This document shows, one piece after another, positions 8,467 to 17,040 of a stretch of 25,891 nucleotides of DNA. The notes below the pieces were generated by a model, which did not search any database, was not told the DNA's origin, and saw only the letters and a list, made by a program, of their open reading frames with translations. The stretch is from assembly GCA_964644925.1 (NCBI GenBank), contig CAZXYJ010000001.1, positions 1-25,891 of the forward strand. Direction: 5' to 3'. Made by a program: the position numbers and the translations under genes. This DNA is from an uncultured Halobacteria archaeon. GTDB taxonomy: Archaea; Halobacteriota; Syntropharchaeia; Alkanophagales; Methanospirareceae. The stretch's first letter is position 1, and every line of letters begins with the position of its first letter.

Positions 8467-9000
8467 ATGAATAAAGAAAATCATTCTTGGGATAAACAAG
8501 AAACTGAAACAAATCGGGCTTTTAATGCTTTTCTGGTTTATAAAAACATGGGTGCTTTGCGGTCGTTAAGAAAGGCAGCAGAGGAATTTTACGGTAATGC
8601 TTATATAACCAATAGTGTATCCAAAGTGAACATATTTAGAAGATGGTCAACCAAGCACAACTGGGTAGCTCGCTGCGGAGCTTACGACATAGAGCAGGAT
8701 AGAATATTCCAGGTAGAACAGCGAGAAGCGATAAGAGAAATGAACAAACGCCAGGCAAAAATCGGCGCAGCAATGCAAAACAAAGGCATAACTCGATTAT
8801 TGGATATGGATGTTAACGAACTCACGCCAGACCAAGCGGCGAGACTGGCAAAGACCGGCGTAGAAATAGAACGTCCGGCGAGAGGTGAAGCAACAGAAAT
8901 TAGCGAACATAAAGGTGAAGTCGGGATAAAGATTATAAAAGTGGAGCCTGAAGTAGCAAAGAAGATAGGGGATGAACTCGCGAAAAAGGATACCGGATGA
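8467..9000 (+). CDS. terS: Terminase small subunit (start 8455 or 8467)
   Basis: ETNRAFNAFLVYKNMGALRSLRKAA...WSTKHNWVAR HTH-type N-terminus; lies directly upstream of and overlaps terL. Confidence 0.7.
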   Translation: MNKENHSWDKQETETNRAFNAFLVYKNMGALRSLRKAAEEFYGNAYITNSVSKVNIFRRWSTKHNWVARCGAYDIEQDRIFQVEQREAIREMNKRQAKIGAAMQNKGITRLLDMDVNELTPDQAARLAKTGVEIERPARGEATEISEHKGEVGIKIIKVEPEVAKKIGDELAKKDTG

Positions 9001-10417
9001 AATACTCGAGACGGAATTACTTGAGAACAGCCCCGCATATTTCATCAAAACCATCTTCGGATACAGAATAGATGAGCCACACTGGAATATCCTAAGACAT
9101 TACGAAGAGATGCAAGAGACGTTAGATTTAGCACCGAGAGGTTGCGGCAAAACGAGAATAGGCAATATCGGTTACTGCGCCTGGCTTGCAGCAAACAATC
9201 CGAACATAAGAATATTGATAGTTTCGGATACGGATACACACGCAGTAAAATTCTTAGGCCCAATAAAAGCGGTCTTGGGGTCACATCCTTTAATTCGACA
9301 ATACTACGGCGACTTAAAAAGCAACAAGTGGACAGACCACGAGATAACACTGAAAACACGTACAGATAAGGTGCTCATGGAAGCGACTATATCAGCAATG
9401 GGTATGTATTCCGGTGCCGTAACGACCGGACATTATAACATAATCATAGCGGACGACCTAATCAATTTCGACAACAGCCGTACAGAAGGGCAGCGGGAAC
9501 GTAGCAAGGAGTGGTTTAAGACTACGTTACTTCCAACAATTTTACCGGGTGGTGAGATACACTGCTTAGGTACAAGATACCATTATAGCGAACTGTGGGA
9601 CTGTGTGCAGAACGAACTCGGATATGACACGCAAATACAACGTGCGATAATAGATGAAGGGCTGGAAACGGAACATTCGCTATGGGAACGGCACATGCCG
9701 CTACACACTAAAATCATAGGTAAGGAGCGAATAAAAGGATTAATAGAAATCCGAGAAGGAGACCCCGAAAACCCTTCAGATTCCGGCACAGGCAGCATAA
9801 TTTTCAACCTCCAGTATCAGAATGACGTGGAGCTACTGAAAGAGGGCAGGATATTCTTATACGACTGGTTTAAGTTTTACGAAGACATCCCTTCTGGACT
9901 CCGGATATATCAAGGAGTTGACCCAGCAATATCGCAGAAAAGCACCGCAGATTATTTCTGTCTTATTACAATCGGAATAGACCGCTTAAAGAACATCTAC
10001 GTGCTGGACATAATACGTGAACATCTGACCTTTGATAAGCAAATAGAGATGATAAAGCGGAAATGGGATGAATGGAAGCCAGACGTTACCGCTATTGAGA
10101 AGGTCGCATATCAAGAAGCTCTAATCCAACAAGTGCGAAAAGAGCACCCTGAGATGCGAGTGCGTGAGATACAAACCGGCACTGATAAAGTCAGCCGTGC
10201 ATATAGCCGCTCAGGACTATTTGAAAACGGTAAGATATTCGTGCGAAGAGACATGCACTTATTCATAGATGAGCTCGTGCTATTCCCAGATGCGAGACAC
10301 GACGACCAGTTTGACGCTTTCGACTTCGCTCTGGACGTGGGGTTGGCAACTAAAAGACCCGTATCTTCTTATGTCCCACCCCCCATAAGCCCTTCGGGTC
10401 CGGGAATAAGGATATGA
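8972..10417 (+). CDS. terL: Terminase large subunit
   Basis: Walker A APRGCGKT, Walker B IIIADD, coupling motif GTRYH, nuclease residues GVDPA and HDDQFDA. Confidence 0.93.
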   Translation: MNSRKRIPDEILETELLENSPAYFIKTIFGYRIDEPHWNILRHYEEMQETLDLAPRGCGKTRIGNIGYCAWLAANNPNIRILIVSDTDTHAVKFLGPIKAVLGSHPLIRQYYGDLKSNKWTDHEITLKTRTDKVLMEATISAMGMYSGAVTTGHYNIIIADDLINFDNSRTEGQRERSKEWFKTTLLPTILPGGEIHCLGTRYHYSELWDCVQNELGYDTQIQRAIIDEGLETEHSLWERHMPLHTKIIGKERIKGLIEIREGDPENPSDSGTGSIIFNLQYQNDVELLKEGRIFLYDWFKFYEDIPSGLRIYQGVDPAISQKSTADYFCLITIGIDRLKNIYVLDIIREHLTFDKQIEMIKRKWDEWKPDVTAIEKVAYQEALIQQVRKEHPEMRVREIQTGTDKVSRAYSRSGLFENGKIFVRRDMHLFIDELVLFPDARHDDQFDAFDFALDVGLATKRPVSSYVPPPISPSGPGIRI

Positions 10418-10421
10418 CGAA

Positions 10422-10550
10422 GTAATGCAATGTGATACGTAATGTAATGCAATGAAGCACAACAGAATACACCACTATATTGCAGTATTTTATATGGAGT
10501 GCAGTAATGTTTGCAGTAACCTTTATATACTTGCAGTATAGTTTACAGTA
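10422..10550 (+). promoter_or_regulatory. Operator-like repeat array around a TATA box
   Basis: GTAATGCAATG at 10422 and 10444; TGCAGTA at 10481, 10500, 10512, 10532 and TACAGTA at 10544; TTTATATA at 10522-10529. Confidence 0.7.
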
Positions 10551-10561
10551 TAGAAACAAAA

Positions 10562-10825
10562 ATGGTAGAAAAAGGCTATAAAGCGATAAGCGTAAAAAGG
10601 GATATTGCAGTAAACATACAGCAAAGAGCGAAAGAAGAAAAAAAGAGTATATCAGATTTCTTAAATGGATTGTTAAACGGAGAAGGCGTATTATTAGAAT
10701 TTCAAGAAGCACCTGGATGTGTAACAAAAGAAGATTTAAAGAGAGCAATAACGGGACTGGAGAACGACATAACCGTGCTGGTCAGAGACGCGGTAAAGGA
10801 TGCGTTTGCTGAGATAAAGTATTAA
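10562..10825 (+). CDS. Ribbon-helix-helix (CopG-like) regulator
   Basis: YKAISVKRDIAVNIQQRAKEEKKSISDFLNGLL strand-helix-helix pattern. Confidence 0.6.
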   Translation: MVEKGYKAISVKRDIAVNIQQRAKEEKKSISDFLNGLLNGEGVLLEFQEAPGCVTKEDLKRAITGLENDITVLVRDAVKDAFAEIKY

Positions 10826-10847
10826 GAAAAAAAAGGAGAAAAAGAAT

Positions 10848-11045
10848 ATGAAAAGAGAAGAAGACAAAGGGAAACCCACAAATATTAGAGGGGTTATTAA
10901 AAAAGGTAAAGATAATGGTATAAGTAATAGCGATACATTACTCCGAGATGTCATCATATCAGCAGGTGGAAAGGGGAAGCTAAAGATTCGGAGAAGCCCT
11001 CCGAATCAGCTATTGCTTGAAGTCCCTCCCAACGAAACTGTATAA
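10848..11045 (+). CDS. Small hypothetical protein (weak AbrB-like pattern)
   Basis: 65 aa preceded by GGAG; fold guess is weak. Confidence 0.45.
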   Translation: MKREEDKGKPTNIRGVIKKGKDNGISNSDTLLRDVIISAGGKGKLKIRRSPPNQLLLEVPPNETV

Positions 11046-11086
11046 AAAGGAGGGAAAAGATAGGAAATAAGAAAGGGATAAAAACG

Positions 11087-11476
11087 GTGGAAAATAATAA
11101 AGAAGCAGTAAATGCAATTGCAAAAGAACTTATAAAGGCGGTGGATGAACTAAAAAAAGATACAATGCGAGCATACGTATTGAAAGATGCTGATGATAAT
11201 ATAAAACGGTTAGTTGGAGAAGTATATAGTACCTCCCAAGATGCATTATTCCTTATGTTTTTTTATAGTACTTTCAGGTATCACCTATGGGCGCATATAG
11301 CTGCTGATGCGTCTTTGAAAATGAGCGATTCAGAAACAAAAGGTATTATAATAAAGGTCACGGAGGGTTTAGATTACTTGGCTGAAAGCTTAGCGAGAAA
11401 CGATAAAGCAGAAATATATGTGGCTTTGGCAAAACTGGTGTCTGATTATCTAAATGAATTAAACAAAGAGGGGTAG
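11087..11476 (+). CDS. Helical hypothetical protein
   Basis: 129-aa ORF with a GTG start; no motif recognised. Confidence 0.6.
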   Translation: MENNKEAVNAIAKELIKAVDELKKDTMRAYVLKDADDNIKRLVGEVYSTSQDALFLMFFYSTFRYHLWAHIAADASLKMSDSETKGIIIKVTEGLDYLAESLARNDKAEIYVALAKLVSDYLNELNKEG

Positions 11477-11483
11477 GAAAAAA

Positions 11484-12347
11484 ATGAGCGTTGATACTAA
11501 AAAGAAGTTGTATGAATGTTTGGTAAAGCGACCTGCCATCATGAGTAAGAACGAGTTCGTTTACACTGCAGGGTATACAGGATATGACTTCTTCGATCTT
11601 AGTAAACTGACTCTTTCACCAAAAACCTCTGGAGATATAGTTAAAATGTATGTGGATTTGCTTGAAGAAGCTAAAAGAGAGGGTTTGGATTTCAACAAAT
11701 TAGCATTCATAGAAAGAACAATTGGTCCTATGACGATAGCTTCTCAACTTTCGTCTGAAGAGAATTTAGAAATCGTGGTTATTAGAACGAAAGTACCATG
11801 TTCCTGTAAGTTATGCGAGACGAAATTACGAGTTAAAGGTGGCATCGAACCTCCACTTTTCAAAGTGGATAAAGTGGTAATCGTAACCGATGTTGTTACC
11901 AGCGGAGGAACGGTATTGGATGCAATTAATATTATAAAGAAGGCAGGTGCAAAAGTCGTGGCAGCCATTGCTATACTTGACAGGCAAACAAAGGTCAAAG
12001 ATAAAACAGGGAAAGAGAGGATAGAAAAGCAAGGGGCGAAGCTATTTGCTTATTATACAAGAGACGAGCTATTAACATTAGGATTTGCAATGCCAAGCAA
12101 GGAGGATCTAGGGCAAAGAGACTTTCTTCTTGAGCTAAGTAAAGCAATATATCTATCAGAGGAGGAGACGGGCCTGTTTAGAAGCCTTTTCGACTCTATT
12201 GCAGAAGAGGTTTTAAGGAATAAAAAGGATGCTGAAGCTAATGAAAAGAATAAAAGAGTGATTAGAAACATGTTAACGTCTATCTTGATAAATACGAGAG
12301 TTAGCGTACTCCAGGCTGCGGAGTTGATGGAGACGAAAGAAAAATAA
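11484..12347 (+). CDS. Type I phosphoribosyltransferase (OPRT-like) with C-terminal extension
   Basis: PRPP-binding loop VVIVTDVVTSGGT followed by AGAKVVAAIAILDR; YDFFDLSKL resembles the OPRT N-terminal region. Confidence 0.8.
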   Translation: MSVDTKKKLYECLVKRPAIMSKNEFVYTAGYTGYDFFDLSKLTLSPKTSGDIVKMYVDLLEEAKREGLDFNKLAFIERTIGPMTIASQLSSEENLEIVVIRTKVPCSCKLCETKLRVKGGIEPPLFKVDKVVIVTDVVTSGGTVLDAINIIKKAGAKVVAAIAILDRQTKVKDKTGKERIEKQGAKLFAYYTRDELLTLGFAMPSKEDLGQRDFLLELSKAIYLSEEETGLFRSLFDSIAEEVLRNKKDAEANEKNKRVIRNMLTSILINTRVSVLQAAELMETKEK

Positions 12348-12592
12348 TGACCCCTCAATATGAAGTTTTTATTTGTTATGAGACTACATCGGAGTTTGAT
12401 CTCGCTGTAAATGTAAGAGAGTCCTTAAGAAAGATCGATATTAAAGCATTTGTTGCACAGATGGACATCCCTGAAGGCAAGGATTGGGTGCCCTATATCA
12501 ATGACGCCATTGAGAAATGCAAACATTTCGTAGCAATTATAAGTAATGTAGCGCTATTCTCTGAGGTATTAAAGAGAAGTTTATATACCTAA
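12347..12592 (+). pseudogene. Truncated TIR-domain protein
   Basis: YEVFICY...AFVAQMDIPEGKDW...IEKCKHFVAIIS is the N-half of a TIR domain; the ORF ends at 81 aa where the catalytic Glu is expected. Confidence 0.7.
12580..12588 (+). promoter_or_regulatory. Archaeal TATA box, candidate promoter of the structured ncRNA
   Basis: TTTATATAC about 25-30 bp upstream of the GC-rich structured region; no ORF follows. Confidence 0.55.
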
Positions 12593-12604
12593 TCCCCTAT
12601 CTTC

Positions 12605-12877
12605 TTAATGAGGAAACTCACCGGCAGTCACCGGCAACGGTGGCTCCGGTTTATGGTGCTCCGCGAACGCCAACAATGGGCGGTACTATCTGATGGGCGT
12701 TGGAATGATAGTGCGCGCTGGGTGAAACCCCCAGGCGGAGCCCCTTTATGATGCCTAAAACAAACAAAGGCGTAGATATGGAGAGGAGTAGTTCAGGTTG
12801 CGGCCGGTTGTACAGCTAACCGCAGGTTGAAGTTGGCGGGTCGCTCCCGCCCCCGCCCCTCTTCAGCAAACTTTTTT
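12605..12877 (+). ncRNA. Candidate structured non-coding RNA (~260-270 nt), family unknown
   Basis: GC-rich, several stems, GAAA and GCAA tetraloops, a TATA box upstream and T-tracts downstream. Confidence 0.55.
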
Positions 12878-12929
12878 GAAAAAGAATACTTTTTTGCTGC
12901 AAAAGGTTTTCTTTTTTAAAAAAAGAAAA
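12864..12929 (+). terminator. Oligo-T terminator / inverted-repeat region
   Basis: T6 at 12872-12877 and 12890-12895; CAGCAAA/TTTGCTG inverted repeat; near-palindrome TTTTCTTTTTT-A-AAAAAAGAAAA at 12907-12929. Confidence 0.55.
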
Positions 12930-12933
12930 AGTG

Positions 12934-12955
12934 ATTTGTAAACGTCCTTTATATA
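12934..12955 (+). promoter_or_regulatory. Portal-gene promoter with a shared 17-bp upstream motif
   Basis: ATTTGTAAACGTCCTTT is identical to 17631-17647 and runs into TTTATATA (12948-12955), 32 bp before the ATG. Confidence 0.75.
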
Positions 12956-12979
12956 AAAGCATAGCATAGATTTTCAGAT

Positions 12980-14548
12980 ATGCCACTAAAATATCCTCTC
13001 TTCATAGGTGCGGAGAATATTATACCGCGAGGGATAACAGCAGGCGAAGACGACAGCACAACCACAGAGAAGAAAGTTTGGAAGGATGCAGAGATAAGAG
13101 CGATAGAAGACAACCGTGCAAACCGCGAACTGGCGTGTTCTATTGACGCCTTAACATCTCTAATCCTGACGGTCGAGAAGTTCTCTATACTGGGCTCTTA
13201 TGAGATACACAGCTCAGATGACGAGCAGCACTCAGAAACGATAAAGAAAATCAAGGACTGGGTAAATGAGTTTGGATTGCTCAAGTCATTCCGGGAATCG
13301 TTTAAAGACGTGAAGGTGCATGGTGTCGCGTATTTCCAGAAGTTAACGGAAAACGGCGTAAAGATGAAGGGCGAACCAAAAGGGTTACAATCATTGCAGC
13401 AGCTCGTAGGCGTAGAAAAGAAAGAGAACCCGTTTAATTCGCAGGATTACTACTTATATCAAAAGCTGAAAATATCTCAGAACTGGAAAGATCCGGAAAA
13501 CACGGAAGACCCAAAAGACAAACGAGTGTTCTTTATCCAGGGCGGGATGGAGAACGTAAGCGAATACCCGGCAATAAAACCGGCTGACGCTCAGGAAGAT
13601 CCGAACACGGCAACAGGCGACAGCGTGATTAATCTGGAAGACATTATAGAAATCAAGAATAACGAATCAGGTGACAGTGCGATAACCGCAGCGTTAAATG
13701 AAATATACATCAAAAATCTTATCATGCTAAATCTGCCCAATCTCATATACTTAATCGTGGCGCCAGGAATAGAGCTAATCACAAAATCGTTTATTGAGTC
13801 AAAAGATGGCGTTATATGGGAAGCACCGAAGTATCCAGACAGCAAGCTTGAAGAAAGCAACAATGCGGAATATACGCATGCGGTCGAGGACTATAACACA
13901 TATCAAGCAAACATACAAACGATAGTGGACAACCTGTGGACTAACTGGCTCAAGAAAGGTATTATGAGCCACAGCGACATGATAGACACGAACATTATAG
14001 AATCCAACCAAGCGATGAATCCGGAGATGCTGGACGTTATAGTCAACTTACTAAATAGAGAAATCGCCTTTGCGCTCGGTTTCCCTCTATCTCTTTTAGA
14101 TGCGAAAGGTGCGGAACTGGCAACCGCACGAAACATATTTACAACGATTTCAACGATGCTAAAAGGCATCCAAGTTCAGTATCAGACAATCGCATTAAAT
14201 CTGATATACGAACAGTTCCCGAAGGAAGCAGAAACAGCGGGGATAACGTTTACGCTGTCGGAACTTAGCGCGCAGGATGCGAAAGACGTAGCAGAAGTTG
14301 AGAAATCTCATGCAGCAATACTGAAAATATACAAAGAAATCGGCGCGAGTGATGGCGATCTAAAAACACTCTCCCGCAAATACAACTTGCTGGCAGAACC
14401 AGAAATGGGCGGTGGTGGATTAGCCAAGTCCGTTGGAGAAGGGAGTGCAGAGACGTATCCCGCAGAGGATATGGAGACGGCATTAAAATTCGTGCATCGT
14501 ATAACCGAAGATAGGAAGACGGTGGCGATAGATATAGAGGAAATGTGA
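12980..14548 (+). CDS. Probable portal protein
   Basis: 522 aa between terminase and head morphogenesis genes; REIAFALGFPLSLL...AELATARN resembles the portal wing/crown segment. Confidence 0.7.
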   Translation: MPLKYPLFIGAENIIPRGITAGEDDSTTTEKKVWKDAEIRAIEDNRANRELACSIDALTSLILTVEKFSILGSYEIHSSDDEQHSETIKKIKDWVNEFGLLKSFRESFKDVKVHGVAYFQKLTENGVKMKGEPKGLQSLQQLVGVEKKENPFNSQDYYLYQKLKISQNWKDPENTEDPKDKRVFFIQGGMENVSEYPAIKPADAQEDPNTATGDSVINLEDIIEIKNNESGDSAITAALNEIYIKNLIMLNLPNLIYLIVAPGIELITKSFIESKDGVIWEAPKYPDSKLEESNNAEYTHAVEDYNTYQANIQTIVDNLWTNWLKKGIMSHSDMIDTNIIESNQAMNPEMLDVIVNLLNREIAFALGFPLSLLDAKGAELATARNIFTTISTMLKGIQVQYQTIALNLIYEQFPKEAETAGITFTLSELSAQDAKDVAEVEKSHAAILKIYKEIGASDGDLKTLSRKYNLLAEPEMGGGGLAKSVGEGSAETYPAEDMETALKFVHRITEDRKTVAIDIEEM

Positions 14549-14551
14549 TGG

Positions 14552-14794
14552 ATGGAGAAAGAGAAAACGCCAATAGGGGACTTTTTAAATGACACGGGGG
14601 AAGTTCACGCCCTATGGTACGGCTTCTATTCTGCTTGGTACACACTTGACCAGGATAAGTTATCAGAAGAGCTTAAAAAGGACATTGACGAAAACCATCA
14701 TTACTATACAGCGGGATACTTCATAGGACGGGGAATTAAGAAAATACTGGCTCTCTGGCTGCATAAGAAACGGGAAACGAAAAATGGCAAATAG
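14552..14794 (+). CDS. Small hypothetical protein
   Basis: 80 aa within the head operon. Confidence 0.6.
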   Translation: MEKEKTPIGDFLNDTGEVHALWYGFYSAWYTLDQDKLSEELKKDIDENHHYYTAGYFIGRGIKKILALWLHKKRETKNGK

Positions 14795-14903
14795 AAGCGG
14801 ACGTGGGAATAAGGATGGAAAGCAAACCGGCTGGAAAAAAGGCGGACAAGGACGTAACCGAACGAACTCATGCCGGCACCCTGCAACAAAAAAGAACAGA
14901 TGA
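14784..14903 (+). CDS. Small basic Gly/Lys/Arg-rich peptide (39 aa), absent from the ORF track
   Basis: MANRSGRGNKDGKQTGWKKGGQGRNR...; ATGA overlap with the next ORF. Confidence 0.5.
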   Translation: MANRSGRGNKDGKQTGWKKGGQGRNRTNSCRHPATKKNR

Positions 14904-15034
14904 AATGGTTGTTCCTTTTCACTATTGAAAGAGAAGCGGAAATAGAAGCGGACAATCTGAACGAAGCAGTCAGTAAAGCGAACTTTAAAAAGGCAACGGA
15001 AGAAAAGATAGTTAGCATAAGATTAAAGAGGTAA
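14900..15034 (+). CDS. Small hypothetical protein (44 aa), absent from the ORF track
   Basis: MKWLFLFTIEREAEIEADNL...; ATGA-coupled and ends 2 nt before the next ATG. Confidence 0.55.
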   Translation: MKWLFLFTIEREAEIEADNLNEAVSKANFKKATEEKIVSIRLKR

Positions 15035-15036
15035 AA

Positions 15037-16176
15037 ATGACACCCGCAAAGGAACTTGAGCGTAAGTTATTACACGAATATGCACGTGCACGAGCGACCC
15101 TATTAGACGGCTTCTCTTTCCCTTCAGATAAAGGCTTTGCGGAAGACTACATCCAACAAACACTATTAACGTGTTCGGCAAAGCAGGCGGAAATCATGCT
15201 GGCAGACTTACCGGAGTCCTTTCTATCCGGCGTGTATTTAGAAAGCGATATATTGCGAGACAAGGTGCCAGCATATACGGGAGTTGATTTAAAGCTGGTA
15301 TCTAAGACGCATTTAAAACGCATCTCTACTAACACCATAGGTGGCATCGGAAATTTCAACACAGCGCTCTCAAGCAACCTTACAGAGCAATATAACACAC
15401 TGCTTATGGATAACGAATTAGTTAACAGCATTAGTGCGCACGGCTGGACAAAGAACGCCGAAAAGCGTATGATTAAAGCGGGATTCGACAAGGAAATAAT
15501 AAATCTTGTCAAGCAACAAACCACCGCTAACAAAATGGTGCAGATATTAGAACAGCAGGGAATCAAAGGCGGGATGCACCCCAATGATTGTGCCGAACTA
15601 TTGCAGCCGCATATCAGGGACGTGTTTGGAGATGGTGGCGTCGAAATAAGCAATATCGGCAAACTACGAAAAGAATTAATTGTAAACGCAAAAGGCAAAT
15701 ATTGGTGGCGAGAAGTCAAAGTAACGCATCCTTATCATTCAACAGTACAGAACTATGCCGATATTATTACTCGGTCATCAATGCTGAAAGCGCATAACGA
15801 AGGCAGGCTACAAACCTTGCGGCAATCTGGATTAGTAGAAAAATATAGGTTTATTTGTGACCAAACAGCCAACTCATGTAGCACCTGTCTGGGCATGCAC
15901 GGATTAATTGTAGAACCTTCAGAAGTGACGCCACCGATACACCCTCGCTGTTCATGTCGTCTTGCTCCTGTTTGGAAGAAAAGCACGGGTTTGCATAATC
16001 ATTCTGAAAAGTTTTATACACAGCAACGCGATACTGCGCTATTTAAACGCTATAAATTAAAAGAATATAACAAAACACATGAAACGAAACTGATAAATGA
16101 AAACTTCTTACCACCTATTGGAGAAGTCCCTAAAGGTAGCGAGATGGCAGCAATCCGAGAGGCGATATTGGGATAA
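15037..16176 (+). CDS. Head morphogenesis protein (SPP1 gp7 / Mu gpF-like)
   Basis: C-terminal CSTCLGMHG...PPIHPRCSC signature; follows the portal gene. Confidence 0.85.
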   Translation: MTPAKELERKLLHEYARARATLLDGFSFPSDKGFAEDYIQQTLLTCSAKQAEIMLADLPESFLSGVYLESDILRDKVPAYTGVDLKLVSKTHLKRISTNTIGGIGNFNTALSSNLTEQYNTLLMDNELVNSISAHGWTKNAEKRMIKAGFDKEIINLVKQQTTANKMVQILEQQGIKGGMHPNDCAELLQPHIRDVFGDGGVEISNIGKLRKELIVNAKGKYWWREVKVTHPYHSTVQNYADIITRSSMLKAHNEGRLQTLRQSGLVEKYRFICDQTANSCSTCLGMHGLIVEPSEVTPPIHPRCSCRLAPVWKKSTGLHNHSEKFYTQQRDTALFKRYKLKEYNKTHETKLINENFLPPIGEVPKGSEMAAIREAILG

Positions 16177-16179
16177 AAG

Positions 16180-16188
16180 TTTATATAC
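16180..16188 (+). promoter_or_regulatory. Archaeal TATA box
   Basis: TTTATATAC upstream of ORF 16231. Confidence 0.55.
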
Positions 16189-16230
16189 TCTAAAAAAGTT
16201 TTTATAACACAAAATCATATTAAAAACATT

Positions 16231-16650
16231 ATGCCTCAAGTAAATATAATCGTTCTGGACGAGACGGACATTCCAGGGGGTGTGCAGCGAATACTCGCAG
16301 GAGCAAGACGCGGGGTGAAGCTCGCCACAGAGGAGGGGGTTGAGTTTATAAAATCGGATATTTTTGAAGGCCAGAAATTTGTGGGGGATGATTTATATCC
16401 TGATGTTAAAGAAAGTACAAAACGGATAAAAGCAATAAAAGGCAAAGAACTTGTTGGTGTAGATACAGGCAACTTAAAAGCTTCCTTTGACACAAGTTAT
16501 GAAAACAAGGGGCTTTCGGGAATAATCACCGGTGGCGGTCCTGAATACGGTGAGTTTCTCAATCGTTGGCAGATAGACCAGCTATTTCTGAAAGAGCGAG
16601 GCAACAAAAGCCGTGAACTCATAAGAGAGGAAATAAATAAAGAGGTATAA
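16231..16650 (+). CDS. HK97 gp10-like head-tail/neck protein
   Basis: VDTGNLKASF matches the VDTGxLxxS motif. Confidence 0.6.
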   Translation: MPQVNIIVLDETDIPGGVQRILAGARRGVKLATEEGVEFIKSDIFEGQKFVGDDLYPDVKESTKRIKAIKGKELVGVDTGNLKASFDTSYENKGLSGIITGGGPEYGEFLNRWQIDQLFLKERGNKSRELIREEINKEV

Positions 16651-16673
16651 GGAAGAGGAGGAAAAGAGAGATT

Positions 16674-16940
16674 ATGACCGAAAAAGAAACGTGCCCTATC
16701 TGCGGTGGAAACCTAAAGGAAACCACCATCAAAGAGAATGTAAACACAGGGGGGAAATCGTTAGTTATTGAAGGAATCCCGGCAAAGGTATGTAGCAAAT
16801 GTGGCGAAACAATAGTGGATTACGACAATATGCGTCAGATAACAGAAGAGCTCAAAGATGATATAAAGCAAATAGAAGAAGCCCGAGAAGATTACAAAGC
16901 GGGACGGTTTAAGAATGTGCGGGATTTAGTTGCAGATTGA
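16674..16940 (+). CDS. YgiT/MqsA-type zinc-finger protein (antitoxin-like)
   Basis: CPICGG...VIEGIPAKVCSKCGE; C-terminal IEEAREDYKAGR. Confidence 0.8.
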   Translation: MTEKETCPICGGNLKETTIKENVNTGGKSLVIEGIPAKVCSKCGETIVDYDNMRQITEELKDDIKQIEEAREDYKAGRFKNVRDLVAD

Positions 16941-16973
16941 AAAAATAGATATTACTCCTTATGAATATGAACC

Positions 16974-16981
16974 TTTATATA
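16974..16981 (+). promoter_or_regulatory. Archaeal TATA box
   Basis: TTTATATA upstream of the RHH-HicB gene. Confidence 0.55.
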
Positions 16982-17040
16982 GTCTAAATATCCTATATAG
17001 TAATCATTATGCCTAAATACTTTAAGGGGGCCGAATTAAT

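Noticed and set aside
10422-10550. CRISPR array
   Set aside because: Repeats are 7-11 bp with irregular short spacing; no 25-40 bp repeat-spacer structure anywhere in the window
11484-12347. Host pyrE marking the end of the provirus
   Set aside because: Viral genes continue on both sides and the protein deviates from canonical PyrE; treated as viral cargo
12609-12775. RNase P RNA or hammerhead ribozyme
   Set aside because: Isolated words match (GAGGAAA, CTGATG, GAAAC) but P4 pairing and the CUGAUGA core are not satisfied
12782-12863. Canonical tRNA gene (GTA anticodon-like loop)
   Set aside because: No proper D-arm or anticodon stem, T-loop is GTCGCTC, and 4 extra nt separate the T-stem from the acceptor strand; kept only as part of the ncRNA candidate
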